Of a DNA stretch of 14,737 nucleotides, positions 8,218 to 14,737 are shown piece after piece; the first letter of the stretch is position 1, and the number at the start of each line of letters is the position of its first letter. The notes under the pieces were generated by a model. The model had not been told where the DNA came from. It ran no database searches and saw only the letters and a program-made list of their open reading frames with translations. The DNA comes from a bacterium. GTDB taxonomy: Bacteria; Hinthialibacterota; Hinthialibacteria; Hinthialibacterales; Hinthialibacteraceae. The position numbers were made by a program, and so were the translations under genes. The stretch lies in assembly GCA_041946805.1 (NCBI GenBank), contig JBHGBC010000154.1, positions 1 through 14,737 of the forward strand, in the 5' to 3' direction.

Positions 8218-9480
8218 ATGAACCAGCCCTTGTCCCGCCGCCGTTTTTTGGCGGCCGCCGCGTTGATCCCGGTGGCCGCGTGCGCGCCGAACCATCCGTT
8301 GACGAAGGATCGAGAGGAATCCGCGGGGCGCCCCGCCCGTTTTTTCTTTGTCACGCAGGGGAAAACGGCGGTGATGGATGCGGACGGCGGCGGTCTTCGG
8401 TATTTCGAATTCGATGTGCCCAACCAGGCCGCCTGGCAGCCGGCGGGATTTTTCGCCGACGGCCGGCGGGTTCTCTTTCTGAGCATGGAGGCCCGGCGGG
8501 ACGGGCCCGGGAAACCGTTCGCGGAGTATTATCACCAAACCCCGACGCATCTGTGGATCTATGATCTGGAGAAGGAGACCTTGACGGAGATCGCCACCCG
8601 GAACCGGCTGGCGGTTTTCTACACACCCCAGCTGCTGCTCGATGACGGGCGGATGCTCGCGCAAGTGGTCCGCGATGAGGGGGCCCAGATTTACAGCATG
8701 AATCTCGACGGCTCGGATGCCCGGGAATTTACCCGCTTGGGCGAGGGCGTGCCGTATGGCTTCAGTCTCAGTCCGGAGGGAAAGCGGGTGGCGTATCATC
8801 TCGCCAGCCCGTCCGGGTATCAGATTTGGACCAGCGATGTGGAGGGAGGCCATCGGATCTTGGTGGCCGCGCACCCCGACCATCTGTATTTCTGCCCCTC
8901 CTGGTCTCCGGATGGGGAATGGCTGGCCTATCAGGATTGCCTGTTCCAGCAGGACCCCGGGCATGATTGGTCCGATCTATGTATCAGCCGGCCTGATGGT
9001 TCGGAACAACGCCTGCTGACGGATGGGCAAGCGCTGTGGTTTGCGGCGACGTACGGGCCGCCGGGAAACCGGGGCGGGGGATCCAACACGCCGAGTTGGA
9101 CGCGCGGCGGGGTGGTCCTCGCGTCCTGCCGGCTGACGGGAGCCAAGGTGGCGTGGGAGTTTCAGGCGCAACGCCCCGATGTGGACCATTTCAACCGGGA
9201 TTACAAGCCGGAGCTCGCCCGCGGAGGCACGGAAATCCGGCGGATCGATCCACGGGACGGTTCGATCGTGCGGATCACCCATTCCGAACCGCCGGTGTGG
9301 GATTTCCGGCAGAGCGAGTCGCCGGATGGGCGGCTGATCGTCTTTTGCCGCGCGAAGACGGGAGAATCACCCGCCATCTGGGTGGCGGATTCCGATGGGA
9401 GGAACCCCCGCCTGCTGACCCGAGGCCTGGATGACAAGGGGGCGGATCATCCGCGGTGGGCGCCGGAAATCAAGTCATGA
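8218..9480 (+). CDS. Tat-exported probable lipoprotein, TolB-like/PD40 beta-propeller (420 aa)
   Basis: SRRRFL twin-arginine motif, hydrophobic stretch and VAAC lipobox-like Cys. SLSPEG, WSPDG, ESPDG and HPRW propeller motifs. GGAG upstream. Confidence 0.85.
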   Translation: MNQPLSRRRFLAAAALIPVAACAPNHPLTKDREESAGRPARFFFVTQGKTAVMDADGGGLRYFEFDVPNQAAWQPAGFFADGRRVLFLSMEARRDGPGKPFAEYYHQTPTHLWIYDLEKETLTEIATRNRLAVFYTPQLLLDDGRMLAQVVRDEGAQIYSMNLDGSDAREFTRLGEGVPYGFSLSPEGKRVAYHLASPSGYQIWTSDVEGGHRILVAAHPDHLYFCPSWSPDGEWLAYQDCLFQQDPGHDWSDLCISRPDGSEQRLLTDGQALWFAATYGPPGNRGGGSNTPSWTRGGVVLASCRLTGAKVAWEFQAQRPDVDHFNRDYKPELARGGTEIRRIDPRDGSIVRITHSEPPVWDFRQSESPDGRLIVFCRAKTGESPAIWVADSDGRNPRLLTRGLDDKGADHPRWAPEIKS

Positions 9481-9569
9481 GCTTCGGTTTACGCGCCGAT
9501 TTCACATGGTTTGAAACTCGATATAAGCAGCGGAGAAAAGCAAGGTTGTGGGTGAATTGAAGCAGGTGG

Positions 9570-9782
9570 TTATTCAAATGAAGAAGGATTTTTTTCAAGT
9601 TTAACGGGCACTAGGACGATTTTTGGCAAAGTCAATCGATTCTCAAAAATAACTTGGTTGTTCTTCATGATGGACGCCAGATTATCACTGGCTGCGGAAC
9701 CGGCTGTATAGCCGATCTGGCTATCCGAAGTGGCACTGGGCTTCGTTACGCCGCGAGGGGAAACCTTAATTGGCTCATGCAT
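9570..9782 (-). CDS. Small hypothetical protein (~70 aa) directly downstream of the SDH protease
   Basis: MHEPIKVSPRG...NPSSFE open frame starting 11 nt after the protease stop, with GAAGG upstream. It fills an otherwise empty low-GC gap. No family recognised. Confidence 0.5.
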   Translation of the reverse strand: MHEPIKVSPRGVTKPSATSDSQIGYTAGSAASDNLASIMKNNQVIFENRLTLPKIVLVPVKLEKNPSSFE

Positions 9783-9792
9783 GGGAATGCCT

Positions 9793-10772
9793 TCAACCCT
9801 CAAATAGTCTATCATCCTCGATGGCCATTTGAAAGATATTCGGGGCTGTCTGGATTTGGGTTCGGGTAAGTCTTCCTTCGCTTTGGAAAACGTGGCTTCC
9901 CCCTGCAACGCTTTCAATCAAGGCTCTAGGTAAAACATAGTCTATGGACTGATCCGTTCCTAGAAGGCTATTCGGATCATAGGGGGTATTGAGGTCGAGT
10001 TCTTCCGTAATGTCCCGGAAAATATCCCGAATCAAACAATAAAGTGAGTCATCGGGTTTTTCGATTGGCAGTCCCAGTTCATCTCGGGCCTCTCTCCGGT
10101 TAATCGTGTAGTCATGGCTTCCCGACTCGCTGCAAAGGAACTTCAACAATTTTTCCATGCTGGATTCATCCAAACCACGATGAGCCAGGAGTTTTTTCGC
10201 CAGCATCCGGATCTGTCCCCTGGCGCGGAAGGCGTTTCCCAGAACGAGGGGGTGAACCTTCTCGGAGAGAGCCACCAGCAGATCCTTGAGATCCGTGTCC
10301 GATCGAATGATTTCCTTGCAGAACTCGACGAAAGCGTTCAGATCTTCAACACTCACCGGGACCCGGGCATGTGGAGGGGCGCCTGTAATCTGTGGATTCA
10401 GGGGTGTGTTGACAGACGGATCGATTGGCCCCAAGGTGGATTGCTTGGTCATGACAATGGAATTCGCTCCCAGGCAGATAAGTGTACCGGCGCTATGAGC
10501 CTTGGCTGGGACGATCACTTCAAGCTCATCGGCAAACTGCCGTATCAAATTCACCAAGGTCCATGCGGCCAGGGTCTCTCCGCCCCGCGTGTATAAAAAA
10601 AGAGAGATTTTGGATGATTTGTAGATCAGATCCAAATGTTCAGTGAAGAAACTATGCGCTTCCGAGCTTATCTTTGTCTCCAGTTGACGCCTATCTCCGG
10701 TCACATATACGATGAGTTTCGAGTTACGTTTTGCTTCCAGTTGTTCGTAAATATCTTGCGATGGTTATACAT
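9793..10772 (-). CDS. SDH-family Clp/crotonase-fold serine protease (serine dehydrogenase proteinase-like), 5' end apparently frameshifted
   Basis: LYTRGG, AHSAGTLICLGA (Ser), LGPIDP (Asp), SGSHDYTI (His) in Ser-Asp-His order. The main frame stays open upstream of the GTG at 10704 (..DIYEQLEAKRNSKLIVYVTGDR), but the ATG at 10772 is 68 nt away, one base short of in-frame. Confidence 0.8.
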
Positions 10773-10863
10773 GGAGGCCACTCATCCTATTAAAAATTCA
10801 TATACCTGTAAAATCATATCCCGTAAGTCCCTTTTTCCGGTTCGCCCAAGGATATCATTTACG

Positions 10864-10891
10864 AATATAATATGCACACCCAGGAAGTCAA
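10864..10891 (-). promoter_or_regulatory. Candidate sigma70 promoter for the SDH protease gene
   Basis: Minus strand TTGACT-N16-TATATT in an AT-rich gap, just after the VOC terminator and ~90 nt before the ATG at 10772. Confidence 0.55.
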
Positions 10892-10906
10892 TAGCTCAAT
10901 TTCACG

Positions 10907-10945
10907 AAAGAAACTGTCCGCACGGGAGGTTCCTCCGCGCACGGA
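10907..10945 (-). terminator. Probable intrinsic terminator after the VOC gene
   Basis: Minus strand tccgtgcg(c)ggag-gaac-ctcccgtgcgga stem with two G-U pairs on this strand, followed by cagtttcttt, 15 nt after the stop codon. Confidence 0.6.
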
Positions 10946-10959
10946 GCCGACCCTCGCCT

Positions 10960-11346
10960 CTATTTCGCTTTCTCGTCGAATTGCATCATCCCCAGGGTGT
11001 TGTCGTCCGGGTCCAGGATGTAGGCGAGCCAGCCGACGCCGGGGACGGCCATCTTGGGCAGCGCGATCCGCGCCCCGAGCGCGGTGGCCCGGGATAGGGT
11101 GTCGTCGAGCGAATCGACCTGGGCGGTGCAGACAAAGGCGTTCATCGACGCCGGATCGCCGGACTTGGCGCAGGGGCGTTTCAACAAGCCGCCGTTGATC
11201 CCGGGTTGTTGCTCGGGTCCGGTGTAAATGAGCCAATACTCCATCCCACTGAACTGGCTGAAGGTCCAGCCGAACAGTTGGGAATAGAAATCGATCAGAA
11301 CCTGGGGTTGGGTAGCGTGGATTTCGAAATGCATGATGCGGGGCAT
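10960..11346 (-). CDS. VOC family (glyoxalase/bleomycin-resistance) protein, 128 aa
   Basis: MPRIMHFEIHA...FYSQLFGW...GINGGL...PKMAVPGVGWLAYILDPDDN pattern. AAGGAG RBS at 11353-11358 favours the start at 11346. Confidence 0.92.
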   Translation of the reverse strand: MPRIMHFEIHATQPQVLIDFYSQLFGWTFSQFSGMEYWLIYTGPEQQPGINGGLLKRPCAKSGDPASMNAFVCTAQVDSLDDTLSRATALGARIALPKMAVPGVGWLAYILDPDDNTLGMMQFDEKAK

Positions 11347-11397
11347 GCGATTCTCCTTGGGATTCCTGGGGCTCACGCCGGCTCGCGCGGCGCGCTT

Positions 11398-11691
11398 TCA
11401 TTCGGTACGGCCATCTGGATACGCGAAAAAATCCTGGACCAGGGGGGGTCTGTTGATCCAGGCCCGCCATCCCCCATCATCGATCGATCCCCACACCCGT
11501 AACCGGGTTTTAGACGGATCGTCCCAGACGGCATGGATCTCGATTTGGTAGTTCCGGCCCGATTCTCCCCGCATTTCGAGTGTCTCCTCCGCCTCGGTCA
11601 ACCGAAGCAACTCGGAGAAGGGGCGTTGGCGCGTCTCGTTCATTCGTTGCCGCAGGAGCGCCGCGGCTTCTTCCAAACGGGGCTGTCGCAT
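11398..11691 (-). CDS. Small conserved-looking hypothetical protein (97 aa)
   Basis: G.SG..YQIEI.A.WDD....LRV.GSIDDGGWRA...DF...PDG pattern recalls a widespread uncharacterised small-protein family (from memory). Co-oriented with the VOC gene. No clear RBS. Confidence 0.7.
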   Translation of the reverse strand: MRQPRLEEAAALLRQRMNETRQRPFSELLRLTEAEETLEMRGESGRNYQIEIHAVWDDPSKTRLRVWGSIDDGGWRAWINRPPLVQDFFAYPDGRTE

Positions 11692-11960
11692 GGGCTGGTC
11701 ACTGGACGTTCAAGGATGAACCGCACGGATATCCATTCCCAGGGAATCGCGGATCATGGGCCATTGGCCGGTATTGGTGAAACCAAAAAATCAGTCCGGG
11801 GTTCATGTTCCTGATTTGCCAGCGCCCGGTCAAGTTTGTTTTCACTGTGAATCACGCGTGAATTGTCCTGAACCGTTGGCTGAATCGAGGAGGATTCATG
11901 ATGATCCTTGAATGGGCAGTGGCCGGATTGTTGAACGTCATGCGGCGGGACGGGTGTTTG
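11674..11960 (+). ncRNA. Candidate structured RNA / long imperfect fold-back element of unknown class
   Basis: Nested stems found by eye: 11674-11679/11955-11960; 11683-11693/11938-11948 (8 WC + 3 GU); 11695-11717/11904-11926 (18 WC + 3 GU + 2 mismatches); 11740-11747/11862-11870; 11764-11771/11826-11833 (7 WC + 1 GU); 11788-11794/11811-11817 (7 WC). The complementarity is directly visible; that it is an RNA is inference. Confidence 0.4.
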
Positions 11961-12060
11961 ATGCGGGAACCGGACACTAGTCCCGCATGCGTCCTGCCGG
12001 GGGGGAAGGGAGAATGGCTGCGTGTTCGGCGGGCGCAACCCTCCCCTTTCTTCGTGGAAG

Positions 12061-12498
12061 TCATGCGGTTTTTCCCGGCCGGTGGATGATCAACAGAAAA
12101 ACATACAACACGACAAAAACCGACAGCACGGCGGCGCAATAGCGGTGCGTGAGCAAAAGAATCCGCTGGTCCCGCATACCCAAGATTGGAAACATCGCCA
12201 GCGCGGAGGACAGGATCAGCGGGACGGCCGCGATCAGGATCAGCCAAAAACTGGCATTCAACAGGAAGGAACCCGAGCGGTGTTTCGTGTGGCGCGGCGC
12301 GAGGGCCAGGGCCAGGAAAGTCACGCCGGCCGCGAAAACCGGGGCGATCCCCGCGTGCAGGAAGAGGCGGTAGCCGCTCAATCCCGCCTCGCCCCAGAAC
12401 GCGGGATACGCCGTGGCCAATAATCCGGCGAAACAAGTGAGCACCGCGCAGCCGGCGGTCAGTTGGATGAAGGATTTGGTGGAGAGGGAGGGAGGCAT
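12061..12498 (-). CDS. Four-helix membrane protein, cytochrome b-like (145 aa)
   Basis: About four hydrophobic segments with His in LFLHAG and LLTHRY as candidate heme-b ligands. Lies directly downstream of a multiheme cytochrome. AGGA upstream. Confidence 0.65.
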   Translation of the reverse strand: MPPSLSTKSFIQLTAGCAVLTCFAGLLATAYPAFWGEAGLSGYRLFLHAGIAPVFAAGVTFLALALAPRHTKHRSGSFLLNASFWLILIAAVPLILSSALAMFPILGMRDQRILLLTHRYCAAVLSVFVVLYVFLLIIHRPGKTA

Positions 12499-12623
12499 GG
12501 TGGAGGATTCCTAATTGTTTTGTTCTTTCATGAATGTATTTTCAAAATTGATTAATATCTCGTTTTGTAGAACGCGATTTTGTCTGAATCATGATGGCCC
12601 GGATGCGCAGGATGATCAAGATC

Positions 12624-12657
12624 GATGGATTACGCGCTGCGCGCTAACTCATTCAAC
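12624..12657 (-). repeat. Degenerate GTAG-type REP
   Basis: Minus strand gttgaatgagttagcgcgcagcgcgtaatccatc resembles the GTAGGATGGGTTAGCG..CGTAACCCATC REP layout. Confidence 0.5.
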
Positions 12658-12722
12658 CCATGCAATCCCCTCCTAGCCTTTCCCAAAAAATAGGAGAGGA
12701 ATTCCATGGAAGATTTGTCCAC

Positions 12723-14615
12723 TCATTCCGTGTTTTTCCCCGATAACCAATCCATCACGCGGGCTAGGCCTCGCGTGCCATAGAACCATAGAATCAGGAT
12801 CAGGATTCCCGCGCAGGCCAGGGTGACGGCCTTGAACCAGGGGCGGAAGCGGAACGAAAACGCGAACGCGCGGGTGTAGGCTTCATCCAGGTCCTGGAAG
12901 GCGATCATCTTGACGGGTGTACTGGTGACCGCCGCGAAGGGTGAATCCACCGCTACCTTGCCGAAGAAGAACGGGGAATCCTCGGCATGACAATCCTGGC
13001 AGCCGCGGGCGCCGAGGGATTGCGCGGCGGGGCGGACATCATGAGCGGACGGCCAGAGATACGGCCGCGCGGCGGGGTGTTCCAGCGACTGGAGATTCTG
13101 CTCATCGTTCAACTGGAAGACCCGGCCGCCGCAGACATAGACCGGTTTTCCCCGCATCCCGGACAGCGCGGCCAGCGCCTGTAATCCTTGTTTCATGTAG
13201 TCCTCGGTCAGCGGCGGCCAATAGCGGGATGGAGCCGGGGCTTCGCTTTTCGGTATCTCCGGTAGCGTTTGTTGCACAAGTTTAAGGGGGAGCGGGGTGA
13301 TGGACTCGTCCTGCAACATGCCCCAAAACGCGGGCCACATCAGGTTGTGCGGGGCGATTTTTCCCTGGTGCGATTTCGCGAAGACCGGTGTGAAGATGGC
13401 GGGCGGGGCATCATCGGTTTTATCCACGTTCAGCATGCCGAGTCCGTGCGCCAGGGAGGTCTTGACCCGGCGGGCTGTGTCTCCCGGCCAGGGGCCGGAA
13501 TGACAGGCGGCGCACGCCAGCCGTTCGAAATGGACAGGGGGCAGTCCCTTATGTTGGGGAACGGGGGCGGCTTTGCGGCCTTCGCGCGGCTGAAGCGATC
13601 CCTCCGTTCCCAGGTGGCATCCTTGGCAAGTCAATTCCTCCGCCAGGGGATTCGGTGAGGTCTCCGATTCGCCCTCATAGCCGCGGGTGATTTGATGATC
13701 CAGCCCGTTGCGGTGGCAATCCACGCAGGTCAAACCGGCGGCGAGATGGACATCCTCGTCCTGGGTCCATTTGCCGAAATGGTCCGGCCCCGGGAGATAG
13801 GAGGAGTGGCAATAGTAGCACCGCTCCGCGGGGATTTTCCGAACGATATCGAAGAACACCCGTTTTTGCGAATCGAACGCGCCGGCTGGGTAGGCCACGG
13901 CGGGAGGAATCAACTTGGGATCGCTGGGCGGCTCGGGCATTTGGTAATCGTAGGTGTCCGTCATGTCCTTGGCCGAGCCGGTGACTAAGGCGAAGCCGCT
14001 GGTAGCCGCGGCCGCCCAACGGAAATTCTGCTTGGCGATCTGGATGGCGTATTGCGTCTGGTCGTGGGCCGGATCGGCGTCATGGCAGGCGAGGCAGTTG
14101 ATCTCCAGATTGCCCGAGACGAAGATCCGCATCACTTGCTTGGGATTGGCCTGGTTGTTCCACTCGCCCAGGCCGCCCCCGGGGAGGTGCCGCCCGAAAC
14201 GCTGGATGAATTCCCAGGGCGTCAATTCCAATTGTTCCGGCTTGTAGGTCCCCGGCCAGGACCGGTACGAGAGAGGGATTTGGGTTCCGGTGCGGGAATC
14301 CATCCAGATCCACGGGTGCCCGGGACGGCCCGCGGCGATGGCGGGATTGTTCATATTGAAATGCCAGCCCGTCTGAATTTTGTCATAGGCATGGCATTTC
14401 AACGCGCAGGTTTGTTTAGGAGAAAAAGGGAGCAGGGGATCGTCATCCGGCGCGATTTCCAATCCGTTCTCATCGAGGAGGGGAATCAAATGGACGGGCA
14501 CCGCGCGGCTGCCGTCGCTGACATCGCCGAGGAGGGGTTCGGGAGGGGTTTCGGCGCCATAGGATGCGGATATCCAGATCAAGGCGAGAAGGAAGGAGAA
14601 GGTTGATTTCGTCAT
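12723..14615 (-). CDS. Membrane-anchored periplasmic multiheme cytochrome c (630 aa, probably 7 hemes)
   Basis: Signal peptide MTKSTFSFLLALIWISASYG. CALKCH (CxxxCH) plus CLACH, CYYCH, CVDCH, CQGCH, CAACH and CQDCH. C-terminal TM helix AVTLACAGILILILWFYG. Confidence 0.92.
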   Translation of the reverse strand: MTKSTFSFLLALIWISASYGAETPPEPLLGDVSDGSRAVPVHLIPLLDENGLEIAPDDDPLLPFSPKQTCALKCHAYDKIQTGWHFNMNNPAIAAGRPGHPWIWMDSRTGTQIPLSYRSWPGTYKPEQLELTPWEFIQRFGRHLPGGGLGEWNNQANPKQVMRIFVSGNLEINCLACHDADPAHDQTQYAIQIAKQNFRWAAAATSGFALVTGSAKDMTDTYDYQMPEPPSDPKLIPPAVAYPAGAFDSQKRVFFDIVRKIPAERCYYCHSSYLPGPDHFGKWTQDEDVHLAAGLTCVDCHRNGLDHQITRGYEGESETSPNPLAEELTCQGCHLGTEGSLQPREGRKAAPVPQHKGLPPVHFERLACAACHSGPWPGDTARRVKTSLAHGLGMLNVDKTDDAPPAIFTPVFAKSHQGKIAPHNLMWPAFWGMLQDESITPLPLKLVQQTLPEIPKSEAPAPSRYWPPLTEDYMKQGLQALAALSGMRGKPVYVCGGRVFQLNDEQNLQSLEHPAARPYLWPSAHDVRPAAQSLGARGCQDCHAEDSPFFFGKVAVDSPFAAVTSTPVKMIAFQDLDEAYTRAFAFSFRFRPWFKAVTLACAGILILILWFYGTRGLARVMDWLSGKNTE

Positions 14616-14652
14616 GCCAGGATGCGGCTCCAGGGGTGTGATTCAGGGATTC

Positions 14653-14678
14653 GGGCGGACACCCAGGTCCGCCCCTAC
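14653..14678 (-). repeat. GTAG-type REP
   Basis: Minus strand GTAG-GGGCGGAC-CTGGGT-GTCCGCCC: GTAG foot plus a perfect 8-bp stem. Confidence 0.8.
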
Positions 14679-14737
14679 AAAACGCAACTTACCCCGTAAT
14701 TTTTTTAATAACCCCTTATAACTCAGTTGATCAAGTT

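Noticed and set aside
7205..8964. 228-aa (+) and 372-aa (-) ORFs
   Set aside because: Antisense to the DUF1080 and Tat-propeller genes; the longer one also reads through repeats.
9793..9795. Genome-wide TGA recoding (Trp/Sec)
   Set aside because: Several other genes end naturally at TGA and use TGG for Trp.
10960..11960. Integron cassette array (small VOC and hypothetical genes beside a hairpin)
   Set aside because: I found no RYYYAAC...GTTRRRY attC boundaries after the stops and no integrase; the fold-back is much longer than an attC.
11674..12060. tmRNA, RNase P, SRP or group II intron domain V/VI identity for the structured region
   Set aside because: No tRNA-like T-arm/CCA end, no GAGGAAAGUCC, no SRP GGAAG loop motif and no AGC-triad D5 helix. 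6S is neither confirmed nor excluded.
11754..12436. 94-aa, 63-aa and 194-aa ORFs over the fold-back and membrane gene
   Set aside because: Arg/Pro-rich or repeat-derived frames with no recognisable features. The + strand 63-aa ORF has a GAGGAGG upstream but overlaps hairpins and the convergent gene, so it is left uncalled.
12548..12561. FNR/CRP-like box TTGAT-TAAT-ATCTC
   Set aside because: Only 8/10 match in AT-rich DNA with no defined promoter; could be chance.
14705..14734. Minus-strand promoter TTGATC-N18-TATTAA upstream of the cytochrome
   Set aside because: Weak match at the window edge; cannot be told apart from AT-rich background.

Overview
GC-rich bacterial window (standard code; TGA is used as a stop) with 11 well-supported CDSs and one tentative small ORF. 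From 202 to 7849 four minus-strand genes encode apparently exported proteins: a DUF1080/3-keto-glycoside hydrolase-family protein, a 941-aa probable (alpha/alpha)6 glycosidase-like protein, a GH39-like clan-A glycosidase and a tandem double TolB/PD40 beta-propeller protein. A divergent Tat-lipoprotein propeller follows. Next is a lower-GC islet with its own sigma70-like promoter, carrying an SDH-family Clp-fold serine protease (apparent 5' frameshift, possible late TGG>TGA) and a coupled ~70-aa ORF. The window ends with a VOC/glyoxalase gene, a small hypothetical gene, and a membrane-anchored multiheme cytochrome c (6 CxxCH + 1 CxxxCH) followed by a His-bearing cytochrome b-like membrane protein. 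Intergenic spaces hold several REP-like palindrome families. The most notable unexplained signals are a ~290-nt rod-like fold-back at 11674-11960 whose non-Watson-Crick pairs are mostly G-U on the + strand, a perfect 17-bp inverted repeat bracketing the first two genes (121-137 / 3718-3734), and the protease + small-ORF islet. Family assignments come from motif recognition only; no searches were run.
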